The translations under genes and the position numbers were made by a program. Of a DNA stretch of 45,674 nucleotides, positions 1-10,265 are shown in pieces. The notes beneath the pieces are model-generated. The model was not told the DNA's origin, made no database searches, and worked only from the letters and a program-made list of their open reading frames with translations. Location of the stretch: the sequence record SRR31156797_5180; one strand, written 5' to 3'. Every line of letters starts with the position of its first letter. Position 1 is the first letter of the stretch.

Positions 1-1
1 A

Positions 2-1252
2 TTTGGCAACAACCTGATCGAAGCCAAAAGCACGGATGCCCAGTCGCTGGAATCAGAATTGGCTGCGATAACGATCCAGGCAAACGTACAGGAAGTAACC
101 TTCATTTCCGGGTGGAATCACATTTCAGCCTATCTGGAACCCCAGAATCCTAACCTTGAAGCCATCATGACAGAACCGGTAAATGCAAACCTGGTGAACA
201 TCATGAATGATATGCACGGGAAAATATACTGGCCATCACAAAATATTAACACCATTGGCCAATGGAATATATGGGAAGCCTACCAGGCCAAACTAACCGG
301 TGCTGCCAGCGTACTGGTCAGCGGTGATATGCTGGATGATCAGAGCCTTGACCTGGAAGCAGGCTTTACCTATTTGCCGGTGCTGACCAACATTCCTTCA
401 CCCATAGAAGACGTATTTACAAATCCACAAACAGATGTGAAACTGATCTTTCACCACCAGACTGTAGGAATTTACTGGCCTGATGGAGGTTTATACACAC
501 TCAATGAGCTGGATCCCGGCATGGGCTACCTGGCCTTGCTAAACAACCCGGCCACAGCCACCTTCCCGCCATACGATCTGGATGCCTTGCAAACCAAGTC
601 ATCAGGCATTACGCCACCCGAATCCGGCCCATGGCCAGTGGTCAGGACCAAACCGGTACATATGATTTCCGTAAGCAATGAAGCCATACAACAACTGGAG
701 TCGGCATCATATATCGGTGCCTTTGATGGAAACGGCTATTGCATAGGATATACCGATATCACCATCAACGATGAAAACAAGTTACTGGTAGTTTATGGAG
801 ATGACGGCCACACCCAAACCAGGGATGGTGCACAGGAAGGTGAAACCATCCAATTCAGATCGTGGAATGCAGCCATTGGCGAAGAAACCGACCTCACGCC
901 TGTTTACAACAACATGATGCCCAACAGCGATGGCAGGTTCACAAACAATGGCCTGTCGATGATCACGGGCTTCAAAACGTCTTCAACCGGTATGGAATAC
1001 CAGGATATGGTTTCGCAAATTGAGATTTATCCCAATCCTGCGACTGATGAAATAATGATAGCAATTCATGATGTGGGTTTGGCTGCTGATGCTTTTATTT
1101 CGGTGATCGATAGTAAAGGAACAACTGTGAGGCAGATTGAGATCATCGGAGACAAAGTTTTTGTTGATGTATCAGAAATGCTTACCGGCCTTTATGTTAT
1201 TAGGGTGCCAACGCTTAATGGCCCTGTAATGAAGAAATTGATCATCAAGTAA
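2..1252 (+). CDS. T9SS C-terminal sorting domain protein, 5'-truncated by the window edge
   Basis: Frame is open from position 2 (FGNNLIEAKS...), so 59 is not the real start. Ends in a type A CTD (IEIYPNPATDEI...GLYVIRV...KKLIIK). Confidence 0.85.
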   Translation, partial: FGNNLIEAKSTDAQSLESELAAITIQANVQEVTFISGWNHISAYLEPQNPNLEAIMTEPVNANLVNIMNDMHGKIYWPSQNINTIGQWNIWEAYQAKLTGAASVLVSGDMLDDQSLDLEAGFTYLPVLTNIPSPIEDVFTNPQTDVKLIFHHQTVGIYWPDGGLYTLNELDPGMGYLALLNNPATATFPPYDLDALQTKSSGITPPESGPWPVVRTKPVHMISVSNEAIQQLESASYIGAFDGNGYCIGYTDITINDENKLLVVYGDDGHTQTRDGAQEGETIQFRSWNAAIGEETDLTPVYNNMMPNSDGRFTNNGLSMITGFKTSSTGMEYQDMVSQIEIYPNPATDEIMIAIHDVGLAADAFISVIDSKGTTVRQIEIIGDKVFVDVSEMLTGLYVIRVPTLNGPVMKKLIIK

Positions 1253-1269
1253 CATATAATTTTCCAATT

Positions 1270-1307
1270 AAAAATCCCGGGCACCGACGTGTTCCGGGAT
1301 TTTTTTT
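1270..1307 (+). terminator. Intrinsic terminator, possibly bidirectional
   Basis: aaaaATCCCGGgcac-cgac-gtgttCCGGGATttttttt just after the stop at 1252. Confidence 0.8.
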
Positions 1308-1488
1308 GCTCATTCAATACATAAACTGTTGAAAAACAAAAGATTTAATGGTGGTTTTTCCTCATCATGTTCATAAAACTGAAACCCGCCAAAAAATTTT
1401 CTAATGGTTTTCAGCTATGCTTCCAAATAGCGTGCGATGTAGTTTTGCTTTCATAATCATAAGTAGTAAAACTAAAAAAACACAAGTC

Positions 1489-1995
1489 ATGAAAACATTA
1501 GCTTCAATCATCGCAATTTTTATGCTGGCAACAACAGCATTTGCACAGCAAAATCAACTTCCTGATGTAAAACTTAAAAACCTGGATGGTCACGCGGTTT
1601 CGTTGAGCGAAATTGCTGATACAGGCGCTTCTACAGTTATTGTATTTTGGAAAACCACCGACATCAAATGTTGTGACAACCTGGAAAGTTTACAGGAAGT
1701 TTATGAAGAAACAATCGATGGTGCTGATGTGAATATAATCAGTATTTGTGTTGATGCTACCGGAACATGGACACATATAAAGCCATATGTAAACGCCAAA
1801 GGTTACGACTTTGAAACTTATGTGGATACCAATGGTGAACTGAAAAGAGCAATGAATGTAGGAAATATGCCCTGCACCATCGTCTACGATCAGATGAACA
1901 ACCAACTTTGCCGGTACGATGATTTCTGTTCCGGATATACCGACATGCTTTGCGGAAAAATATACGGCCAGGCCATGGCTGCAGCCGGAGAATAG
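1489..1995 (+). CDS. Exported thioredoxin-fold protein (TlpA/AhpC-TSA family) with a non-canonical active site
   Basis: Signal peptide MKTLASII...AFA-Q; LPDVKLKNLDGHAVSL; VIVFW; cis-Pro region NMPCTIVYD. The expected CxxC reads DIKCC. Start moved from 1417 to the ATG at 1489. Confidence 0.75.
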   Translation: MKTLASIIAIFMLATTAFAQQNQLPDVKLKNLDGHAVSLSEIADTGASTVIVFWKTTDIKCCDNLESLQEVYEETIDGADVNIISICVDATGTWTHIKPYVNAKGYDFETYVDTNGELKRAMNVGNMPCTIVYDQMNNQLCRYDDFCSGYTDMLCGKIYGQAMAAAGE

Positions 1996-2087
1996 GACAA
2001 GTAGCAAATAATCCCAATCCCTGAATTAAAAAAACCCTTACAAAATTGCCCGCCTGTACAGAGGTATTTTTTCATAAACGTTGATTG

Positions 2088-2117
2088 ATCCCCATCTGAA
2101 AAAGGTGGGGATTTTTT
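2088..2117 (+). terminator. Intrinsic terminator
   Basis: ATCCCCatct-gaaaa-aggtGGGGAT followed by a T tract. Confidence 0.7.
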
Positions 2118-2159
2118 GTCCTCAGTATAACACTCCTCACCCCAAAATTACCTCCTTCA

Positions 2160-2293
2160 AATTACACCGAACGCAGTAAGGTAAATTACCAATTACGCAA
2201 CGCTAATTAACACCTCATAAACACCTTCCTACGCTATGCGCTCTGCACCACACCCACCCTCCCAACACTCCAATCTTCCAATCCCCCAACCAG
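2160..2293. repeat. Intergenic repeat mosaic: one REP-like 24-mer plus degenerate 8-mer tandem repeats
   Basis: 2160-2183 aattacaccgaacgcagtaaggta matches 33861-33884 at 20/24. 2254-2293 is five CCA-led octamers (ccaccctc ccaacact ccaatctt ccaatccc ccaaccag). Confidence 0.6.
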
Positions 2294-2320
2294 TTCCTCT
2301 CTTAATTGCTCAAACTTCCA

Positions 2321-2328
2321 TATATTTG
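2321..2328 (+). promoter_or_regulatory. Bacteroidota sigma-A -7 box
   Basis: TATATTTG fits TAnnTTTG, 36 nt before the ATG at 2365. Confidence 0.55.
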
Positions 2329-2364
2329 CACCAACCTATTTCTTAACCACAAAACAAAAAAGCT

Positions 2365-3822
2365 ATGAAACGAAAACCACTCGTTCTCTCATTGTTGGTT
2401 GTGCTCGTGTGCACAAATCTTTTCTCACAGCAGGTTGATCAAAACCTTGCAAAAACCATTTCAAAAAACTTCATCCATTACCATCAAAAAAGTCATGAGT
2501 TAGAATCCGTCCAAAGCCTAGATAGTGAATCTAAGGTATTGGCATGGGTTGTAGCACTTTCACCTGATGGTTTTTTATTGGTATCAGCTGATGAAACCCT
2601 CAGGCCGGTGCTGGCCTATTCATTTCAGGATAACCTGACTGAGAATCCGGAGGAGTGGCAGATTTTCCAAACAATCGTGAGGTCAGACATCGAATCCCGG
2701 TTGGCTTTTCCGGCTGAAGATTCAAAAACAATCCAAAAAATCCATCAAGAATGGGATGCCCTGATTTCAGGAACAAAATCAAAAACCCTTTATGAGCAGT
2801 GGCCTCCGGAAGGAACCACGCCCACAGGAGGCTGGCTTTTCGAAAACTGGACACAGGGTTCGCCCTACAACCAGATGTGCCCTATTGATGGGAATACACA
2901 CCAGCGCAGCCTTGCCGGATGCCCGGCCACAGCCATGTCGATGATAATTGATTGTCTCATGGAAATCAACGATACCCGGCTGGATGACACGGATGATTAC
3001 TATCACAGCTTTGGCGCAGGAAACCAGTTTTGGATAGACGACGACTGGCAACAGTTTGGGTTTCCCAATTTCGACTCCCTCAATCTTTATCTCGATACCA
3101 TCCAAATGAATTATCTCAGCCACAAGCCCCTGGAAAATATTCACAAAGCGGCATTAAATTTCGCCTGTGGAGTGGCACTCAAAGAAGTATTCAGTTCATC
3201 CATTTCAGGAACTTATGGTATCGAGCAGGCCGCCGATGCTTTTCAGCGGTTTGGCTACCTGGAGTCGCGTTTGGTTTATGATTCGGATACCTCCCTTCAA
3301 TCTGATTTGGCCGAAAACATCAAAAACGGCTGGCCTGCACAATTGGGATTGGTCGATCCTCCGCCCACCACAGTTGGGCACAACGTGGTGGTTGATGGCT
3401 ATAATTCTGATGAATATTACCATTTCAACTTTGGCTGGGGTGGCAATTCCAACGGCTGGTACACCATGCCTCCTACAAGTATTCCCTACAATCTCACAGT
3501 TATAGAAGGCATAGTGATGGATATTATGGGGAATAATCCCCATGTTGGCATTGATGAAACCGCAGATGTTTTATCCAATAAAGTCAAAATGACCTGGGTT
3601 GCTGGGTTAAACGCTGTTATCATTTCTCAGGATAACGGTGGACAAATCAATGGAATGCTATCCGTTTATGGTATTGACGGACGGCTCATGGAACGTCGGG
3701 TTGTTACAGTAGATAGAGGCTGTACAAAAACGTGCATACTCGAAATCTATCCAAAAGGTATTTACCTGATACATCTGACTGACGGGAAAAAATTGAATGA
3801 GGTATTGAAAATAAATCGTTAG
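2365..3822 (+). CDS. C10 (streptopain) family cysteine peptidase with Spi-like propeptide and T9SS CTD
   Basis: Propeptide GFLLVSADETLRPVLAYS; WTQGSPYN; catalytic AGCPATAM; GHNVVVDGY; HFNFGWGG; C-terminal PKGIYLIHL...LKINR. Confidence 0.92.
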   Translation: MKRKPLVLSLLVVLVCTNLFSQQVDQNLAKTISKNFIHYHQKSHELESVQSLDSESKVLAWVVALSPDGFLLVSADETLRPVLAYSFQDNLTENPEEWQIFQTIVRSDIESRLAFPAEDSKTIQKIHQEWDALISGTKSKTLYEQWPPEGTTPTGGWLFENWTQGSPYNQMCPIDGNTHQRSLAGCPATAMSMIIDCLMEINDTRLDDTDDYYHSFGAGNQFWIDDDWQQFGFPNFDSLNLYLDTIQMNYLSHKPLENIHKAALNFACGVALKEVFSSSISGTYGIEQAADAFQRFGYLESRLVYDSDTSLQSDLAENIKNGWPAQLGLVDPPPTTVGHNVVVDGYNSDEYYHFNFGWGGNSNGWYTMPPTSIPYNLTVIEGIVMDIMGNNPHVGIDETADVLSNKVKMTWVAGLNAVIISQDNGGQINGMLSVYGIDGRLMERRVVTVDRGCTKTCILEIYPKGIYLIHLTDGKKLNEVLKINR

Positions 3823-3890
3823 GACACTAGTGGGACAAAACCAGTTGGCGCAAAATATTATTTTCATAATCTGGTTATAGTCTGCCAAAG

Positions 3891-3898
3891 TAATTTTG
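3891..3898 (+). promoter_or_regulatory. Bacteroidota -7 box
   Basis: TAATTTTG, 17 nt before the ATG at 3916. Confidence 0.5.
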
Positions 3899-3915
3899 AA
3901 TAAATTAAACTGAAG

Positions 3916-4368
3916 ATGAAGAAATTTGCATTGTTTGTAATTGTGATGTTGGTTATCGCACCTGTATTTTCGCAGAGTGCTGCACCGCTTTCAAAAGGCA
4001 GCAAACAACTGAACTTTGGCCTGGGCTCCAGTAGCTATGGCCTGCCCGTTTATGCAGGTATTGATTTTGCTTTTCACAACGACTGGACCGCAGGCCCTGT
4101 GGTGAAACTGGTTATTGATGACGACAAAACAGGAATTGGAGCATTGGGAAGGGTAGATTATCACTGGAACAGGTTGCTTGAAATACCCTCAAACTGGGAT
4201 TTTTACCTTGGAGCAAACGTCGGGGTGATCTCTGGCGATGAGGTAGATGTGGACCTTGGACTGCAAATTGGCGGTCGCTGGTACTGGAGCGAAAAATGGG
4301 GCTTAAACCTGGAAGCCGGCGGAGGTACCGGTTATAATACTTCGCTGGGTGTTAGCATGAAATTTTAA
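3916..4368 (+). CDS. Small outer-membrane beta-barrel protein
   Basis: Signal peptide, alternating Gly/aromatic strands, C-terminal GVSMKF. Confidence 0.8.
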   Translation: MKKFALFVIVMLVIAPVFSQSAAPLSKGSKQLNFGLGSSSYGLPVYAGIDFAFHNDWTAGPVVKLVIDDDKTGIGALGRVDYHWNRLLEIPSNWDFYLGANVGVISGDEVDVDLGLQIGGRWYWSEKWGLNLEAGGGTGYNTSLGVSMKF

Positions 4369-4509
4369 ACAATCTTCAATTGTGATATTTTCGAGCTTTC
4401 CATTCGGCATAATCATAAGAAAATTTTTTACTGAAACACCTGATTACAATCAACCATTGCATCGTACGTTTGTTATAAGACCAACAAACTCAATTACGCT
4501 AAAACAACG

Positions 4510-5106
4510 ATGATAACCAGGCTACTCATTACAATTTTTGTGTTATGCTCCTTATCGCTTTTTTCCCAAACGCCACATCCCATCCTTCGTTATTTCAACG
4601 CAACCATCAATGGTAGTGAAGTGCGGCTGAATTGGGTGATCACCGGTGGTGAAACTTGTTCGGGTATCGTGATTCAACGATCTTTGGATGGCCAGATTTT
4701 CGAAACCATCGGTAAGATTGATGGTATTTGCGGTTCTCCTGATGTAGATGTGCCGTATGTTTTTGTAGACACTGATCCGGCTGAGCATGAGCAGAACATA
4801 TACCGCCTTGAACTGGGCACCCAGGGATATTCGGATGTCCGGTCGGTTGAATTCGTTCCGCTGAATGATGACGGTTTTAATGTCCGGTATGATATGGTTT
4901 CAAGGTCGGCAACAATTTATTTTCAAAACGATCTGAACGACCGGATTGACTTTGTGCTTTATGCCATCAACGGTGCAAAAGTGGCCGAGGGTTTTACCAA
5001 CAGCAACAGTATCGCCCTGGAAGTGTCATCCTATGCCCGCCAGGTTTTTGTTTGCAGAGTCCAAAAAAAGAACACCATCATACCTGTTAAAGTACCTGCC
5101 TTTTAG
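4510..5106 (+). CDS. Secreted hypothetical protein with Fn3-like domain and degenerate T9SS-like tail
   Basis: Signal peptide; VRLNW...IQRSLDGQIFETIG...YVFVD...YRL pattern typical of the domain preceding T9SS CTDs; LYAINGAKV tail. Confidence 0.65.
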   Translation: MITRLLITIFVLCSLSLFSQTPHPILRYFNATINGSEVRLNWVITGGETCSGIVIQRSLDGQIFETIGKIDGICGSPDVDVPYVFVDTDPAEHEQNIYRLELGTQGYSDVRSVEFVPLNDDGFNVRYDMVSRSATIYFQNDLNDRIDFVLYAINGAKVAEGFTNSNSIALEVSSYARQVFVCRVQKKNTIIPVKVPAF

Positions 5107-5170
5107 ATTTCCAATCTCCGGGATTTCAGGTAATTTGTTTTCTGTAAAAAACAGGAATACAAAAATGGAT

Positions 5171-5178
5171 TACATTTG
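5171..5178 (+). promoter_or_regulatory. Bacteroidota -7 box
   Basis: TACATTTG, 17 nt before the pdxA start. Confidence 0.55.
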
Positions 5179-5195
5179 CAAAAAATCGGAAGGAG

Positions 5196-6293
5196 ATGAC
5201 AAATAAAAGTGAACAGAAGGAAATAAAAGACCAGGTGAGAATTGGTTTTACACATGGCGATGTGAATGGAATCGGATATGAAATTATCATCAAAACCCTC
5301 ATGGACAAACGTATCATGGACTTGATTACGCCAGTTGTGTTTGGCCATTCAAAAGTTGCCTCATACCACCGCAAAACGATTAATGCCAAAGATTTCAACT
5401 TTAACCTGATCAAAAAGGTAGATGCAGCCAACCCAAAACGCCCGAATATTTATAATATCGATGAGCGTGAAGTAAAAATCGAATTGGGAATCCCCACAAA
5501 GATAAGTGGTGAAATGGCATACCTATCCCTGAAATCCGCAGTTGAATCCATTGAGATTGAGGAGATTGATGCAATCGTTACTGCACCCATAAACAAAAAA
5601 AGTATTCAGTCGGATGATTTCAAATCACCAGGGCATACAGAGTATCTGGCTGAACGTCATCATGTAGTGGATTACCTGATGATGATGGTAAGCAGCAATT
5701 TCAGGATTGGTGTTATTACCGGGCATATTCCATTGCGCGAGGTTCCGGATGCCGTGAACCAGGATCTGGTTATCAATAAGATCCAGATCATGCATGACTC
5801 ACTTCGTCGGGATTTTGCCATTCCAAAACCACGGATAGCTGTGTTAGGAATGAATCCACATGCCGGCGACGACGGCCTGCTGGGAAAGGAGGAGATCGAG
5901 ACCATCACTCCGGCCATTCAAAAGGCTTTTGATGATGGGATCATGGTATATGGACCTTATCCTGCTGACGGCTTTTTTGCAGCCGGACAGCATCAAAAAT
6001 TTGACGGTGTACTGGCAATGTACCACGACCAGGGGCTGATTCCTTTTAAAACGCTGGCTTTTGACGATGGTGTAAATTATACTGCCGGTTTGCCGATTGT
6101 CCGCACATCTCCTGCACATGGAACTGCTTATGATATTGCCGGGAAAAACCAGGCCAGTGAAAGTTCTATGCGCGCTGCCGTTTACCTTGCTTGTGATATT
6201 TTCAGGAACCGCAGGGATTTTGACGAAGTGAATGCAAATCCTTTGGATTCTGATGAGGATGATGACGACGACAACAACGGTACAAACCAATAA
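5196..6293 (+). CDS. pdxA: 4-hydroxythreonine-4-phosphate dehydrogenase
   Basis: GDVNGIGYE, VTAPINK, PGHTEYL, NPHAGD, GPYPADG, AMYHDQGL, RTSPAHGTAYDIAG. Confidence 0.95.
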   Translation: MTNKSEQKEIKDQVRIGFTHGDVNGIGYEIIIKTLMDKRIMDLITPVVFGHSKVASYHRKTINAKDFNFNLIKKVDAANPKRPNIYNIDEREVKIELGIPTKISGEMAYLSLKSAVESIEIEEIDAIVTAPINKKSIQSDDFKSPGHTEYLAERHHVVDYLMMMVSSNFRIGVITGHIPLREVPDAVNQDLVINKIQIMHDSLRRDFAIPKPRIAVLGMNPHAGDDGLLGKEEIETITPAIQKAFDDGIMVYGPYPADGFFAAGQHQKFDGVLAMYHDQGLIPFKTLAFDDGVNYTAGLPIVRTSPAHGTAYDIAGKNQASESSMRAAVYLACDIFRNRRDFDEVNANPLDSDEDDDDDNNGTNQ

Positions 6294-6328
6294 GCCATCT
6301 GGCTGAAACCACTTACCTCTGCTATGTT

Positions 6329-8824
6329 ATGTTCTCACAAAGATTCCTGATTTCTGAAATACCCGGTATTGTTGGCGGAAAGTTTATCCCCAGGATGGTC
6401 GCAGATATGCCTGTTCACGACATCCTTATCGACAGCCGCCGCCTTTTTAAGGCTGTTAATACGCTGTTTTTTGCACTTTCAAGCAAGCGCAATGATGGCC
6501 ATAAATACATCAGCGAATTGTACGCTCGTGGATTGCGAAACTTTGTAGTATCCAATTCAAATATTGATTTATCAAAATATCCCGAGGGTAATTTTATCCT
6601 GGTAAACAACACACTAAATGCACTCCAGTCGCTGGCTGCTGCGCACCGTAAAAAATTTGATATTCCGGTGATCGGAATCACGGGTAGTAACGGAAAAACC
6701 ATTATCAAGGAGTGGCTTTACCAATTAATCTCCCCTGAAAAAAAAGTAATTCGCAGTCCAAAAAGTTATAATTCTCAAATTGGAGTACCACTCTCGGTAT
6801 GGCAGATGGAGCCGGATTTTGACATGGCGATATTTGAAGCAGGTATTTCCGAACCCGAGGAAATGGGAAGCCTGCAGAAGATCATCAACCCGACCATTGG
6901 TATTTTTACCAATATTGGAGAGGCACATAGTGAGAACTTCATTAACAGGGTGCAAAAGGTAGGTGAGAAGCTTAAATTGTTTACCAAAGTAAAAACACTG
7001 ATCTATTGCCCTGACCATAAAGAAATTCAACAGGTTATCATCCGCTCGCAGATTTTGGAAGGTATCGAGGCTTTTACCTGGAGCCGTACCCAGGATGCCG
7101 ATTTGAGGATTATCAATGTTGAGCAGGAAAAGCATGTAAACTCCCGCATCAAAGCGCTATATAAAAATGCCGGGATTGAGATAACCATTCCATTTGTTGA
7201 TGATGCCTCCCTTGAAAATGCCATCCATTGCTGGGCCCTTATGCTCAGGCTAGGATTTGAAAATGATGTAATTGCCGATCGGATGAAACGATTGAATCCG
7301 ATTGCCATGCGGCTTGAACTGATAGAGGGTATCAACAATTGTACAGTAGTAAACGATAGCTATAATTCAGATATCAACTCCCTGTCGATCGCGCTTGATT
7401 TTTTAAACCAGCAGTCACGACAGGAAAATAAAACCGTTATCCTTTCGGATATTCTGCAAAGTGGCAAGAGCGATGTTTACCTGTATGGTAAGATCGCTGA
7501 ATTACTTAAAAATAAGCACGTAACCCGGCTCATTGGTGTCGGAAATGCCATCTCACGGCAGGCCGATCAGTTTGAACTGGAAAAGGATTTTTATCCATCA
7601 ACAGATGAGTTTCTCAAGGCATTTTCATACACACGTTTTCAAAATGAGAGCATCCTACTGAAAGGTGCACGGTTTTTTGAGTTCGAGCGCATTGGGCAGG
7701 CATTGCAGCACAAGGCTCACGAAACGATGATGGAGATCAATCTGGATGCGCTGGTCCATAACCTGAATTATTATCGCAGTAAGCTCGACAACGGCACTCG
7801 GCTGATGGCTATGGTAAAGGCGGGTTCGTACGGGGTAGGCAGTTTTGAAGTGGCCAATGCGTTGCAGTTTCATAAGGTAAATTACCTGGCGGTGGCTTAT
7901 GCCGATGAAGGTGTTGAATTGCGCAAAGCCGGCATCAAAACACCCATCATGGTGATGAACCCTGATGAGGAAAGCTTCGACGGGATTATTGGCTATAATC
8001 TGGAACCGGAGATATATAATTTCAGGGTGTTGGAAATGCTTGAAAAGGCCATCCGTCGGAACATCATCCCACGCAATAAACCGGTAAAAATTCACCTGAA
8101 GGTGGACACCGGCATGCATCGTCTTGGTTTTGAAGAAGAAGATATTGCAGCAATTGCAATACGGATAAAAGAAAATCCCAGGATGTACCTGCAAAGCGTT
8201 TTTTCACACCTGGCATCCAGCGACCATCCGGATCACCAGGATTTTACGCAGCATCAAATCGGAGTTTTCAACCGGATGGCCGGCCAGGTAACCGAAATTG
8301 CCGGGCACCAGGTTTTGCGCCATATCCTCAACACGGCAGGAATTACCGCCTTTCCCGAAGCCCATTTTGATATGGTTCGGCTGGGGATTGGCTTATACGG
8401 TGTTTCACCGTTCGACGAAGAACAGCAGGAACTCCGGTGTGTGGGGAAACTCAAATCCACCATCTCCCAATTGAAAAAAATACCTGCCGGCGAAACCATT
8501 GGTTATGGCAGGGCCGGTGTTGCCGAAAAAGATATGTCGTTGGCAACCATTCCCATTGGGTATGCTGACGGACTGAACCGAATCCTGAGCAATGGGCGCG
8601 GACATTTATTCATCAACGATCGGTTGGTGCCCATCATTGGCAATGTGTGTATGGACATGACCATGGTGGATGTTACCGGCCTGGATGTGAAAGAGGGCGA
8701 TCCGGTTGAGATCTTTGGCGAAAACCGCAGCATCAAACAACTGGCCGAAGAAATGGGGACCATCCCTTATGAAATTCTCACTGGGATTTCAAAGCGTGTT
8801 AAAAGAGTATATTTCCAGGAGTAG
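6329..8824 (+). CDS. alr: Bifunctional MurF-like ligase / alanine racemase
   Basis: N-terminal Mur ligase domain (DSR, ITGSNGKT, SYNSQIGVP, NDSYNSD) fused to Alr (MVKAGSYG PLP lysine, KVDTGMHRLG, VRLGIGLYG, IGYADG, VCMD, TIPYE). Confidence 0.95.
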   Translation: MFSQRFLISEIPGIVGGKFIPRMVADMPVHDILIDSRRLFKAVNTLFFALSSKRNDGHKYISELYARGLRNFVVSNSNIDLSKYPEGNFILVNNTLNALQSLAAAHRKKFDIPVIGITGSNGKTIIKEWLYQLISPEKKVIRSPKSYNSQIGVPLSVWQMEPDFDMAIFEAGISEPEEMGSLQKIINPTIGIFTNIGEAHSENFINRVQKVGEKLKLFTKVKTLIYCPDHKEIQQVIIRSQILEGIEAFTWSRTQDADLRIINVEQEKHVNSRIKALYKNAGIEITIPFVDDASLENAIHCWALMLRLGFENDVIADRMKRLNPIAMRLELIEGINNCTVVNDSYNSDINSLSIALDFLNQQSRQENKTVILSDILQSGKSDVYLYGKIAELLKNKHVTRLIGVGNAISRQADQFELEKDFYPSTDEFLKAFSYTRFQNESILLKGARFFEFERIGQALQHKAHETMMEINLDALVHNLNYYRSKLDNGTRLMAMVKAGSYGVGSFEVANALQFHKVNYLAVAYADEGVELRKAGIKTPIMVMNPDEESFDGIIGYNLEPEIYNFRVLEMLEKAIRRNIIPRNKPVKIHLKVDTGMHRLGFEEEDIAAIAIRIKENPRMYLQSVFSHLASSDHPDHQDFTQHQIGVFNRMAGQVTEIAGHQVLRHILNTAGITAFPEAHFDMVRLGIGLYGVSPFDEEQQELRCVGKLKSTISQLKKIPAGETIGYGRAGVAEKDMSLATIPIGYADGLNRILSNGRGHLFINDRLVPIIGNVCMDMTMVDVTGLDVKEGDPVEIFGENRSIKQLAEEMGTIPYEILTGISKRVKRVYFQE

Positions 8825-8990
8825 CTAAATATGTTAGGTTGTGGTATTGCTGTATGGTTCATCTACAACCTGCTAAGCAGATGTTGAATAACAGACCGCT
8901 GTTTTTTTTTAAATACAATTTCGGTATAAGGTTAAAAAAATACTTTAATTTAGGCGTGGTATATTGCTATGTTTGATAATAAAGCCAATC

Positions 8991-10265
8991 ATGAAAACCA
9001 CACTGTTTTTAATTTTGCTTTTGGTCTCTGTTTCATTAGTCTCCCAAGAAATTGATACAACCCATAAAAAGATCAAGGAGCTACAAATGGAATTGGATTC
9101 GCTGCACAGGACGATCGGACAGCTAGAGGAAGACTTGCAGGGGGTAAAACTTTTGATTGAGGATGAAGGATCTGATATGTCACGTTTGCTTTCTATATTT
9201 GAGGATGAGGATGTTGAATTGGCCAACTTTGAAAATCGTTCCCGCCGTAAGCGTGTTGATGCTTTTTTGGATGCTATTACCAAACAACCTGGCAGACTGG
9301 CTTTTAACGGAGATGTAACGGCCATTGCACAGGTAGTAGACGGCGGTGGCAATAGCAACTCTTACGCCACAGGTTCCTTTGATATTTTTGCGGCAACTTC
9401 TTTTGGGAAAGGAACCCTCCTTTTTATCGACCTTGAAGCCATTGGTGGTGACGGCCCGGATCAGCATTTTCCTACCTTCGGAGGATTGAACGGCGATGCC
9501 GGATCGTACCAGTCGTCAGACAGCCTCGACCGGGTGAATGTTTTAGAAGCATGGGGAGAATTTAATCTTTTAAAAGGCGCTTTTGTTGTAACTGCCGGAA
9601 AAATCGATATGACCAACTATTTTGATAACAATGCTTCAGCGAATGATGAAACCATGCAATTTATTAGCGGGTCATTTGTCAACAGCTCAGCATTTGCTGT
9701 CCCCTCCAATTCGCCTGGTTTTCGCATGCGAACAACAATTTTAAAGCGGTATCACTTCCAGTTCGGGATTTCAAGCTACGACAATGCTGGCGCTGAAATT
9801 TTTACTGATCTTTTTAAAATTGCAAGCCTTGGGTGGACTTTTGCACCAGATTCGGATTTTGAGGCTAACATCAGGATATACGGATTCCAGATTCCAAAAC
9901 CGGATAATGCCTATGGTTGGGGAGTGAGTTTCGATAAGTTGATCTTTGGCGCTTACAACATCTTCGGGCGATATGGACAAAACCTCGACAGTTTAGCCGG
10001 TTATTGGCCAGTTAAAAGTTCCTGGAGCGCCGGGACTCGTTTTGAGAAAACCATAGCTAAAAAGATATTTGCAATAGGCGCTGCATATGGCGAAAATACC
10101 CCTTTCGAAGCCGGCCTTATAAACGAGAAAATTCTGGAAATATTCATCCGCCGACAGCTCAATACCTGGGCACACATCTCTCCTCATTTTCAATATGTTT
10201 GGAATGCGGCAGGAAGTCAGGAAAAGATTCTCGCAGGTGGCTTGAGAATCCAGTTTAATTTTTAA
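8991..10265 (+). CDS. OprB-like carbohydrate-selective porin with N-terminal coiled coil
   Basis: Signal peptide from the ATG at 8991; heptad region IKELQMELDSLHRTIGQLEEDL; LEAW and GKIDMTNYFDNN..ANDETMQF; C-terminal RIQFNF. Confidence 0.7.
   Translation: MKTTLFLILLLVSVSLVSQEIDTTHKKIKELQMELDSLHRTIGQLEEDLQGVKLLIEDEGSDMSRLLSIFEDEDVELANFENRSRRKRVDAFLDAITKQPGRLAFNGDVTAIAQVVDGGGNSNSYATGSFDIFAATSFGKGTLLFIDLEAIGGDGPDQHFPTFGGLNGDAGSYQSSDSLDRVNVLEAWGEFNLLKGAFVVTAGKIDMTNYFDNNASANDETMQFISGSFVNSSAFAVPSNSPGFRMRTTILKRYHFQFGISSYDNAGAEIFTDLFKIASLGWTFAPDSDFEANIRIYGFQIPKPDNAYGWGVSFDKLIFGAYNIFGRYGQNLDSLAGYWPVKSSWSAGTRFEKTIAKKIFAIGAAYGENTPFEAGLINEKILEIFIRRQLNTWAHISPHFQYVWNAAGSQEKILAGGLRIQFNF

Noticed and set aside
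6248-6293. Acidic Asp-rich tail of PdxA as a repeat element
   Set aside because: Short low-complexity coding tail with no evidence of a separate function.
6329-8824. MurF-Alr fusion as a novelty
   Set aside because: This fusion is common and well known in Bacteroidota.
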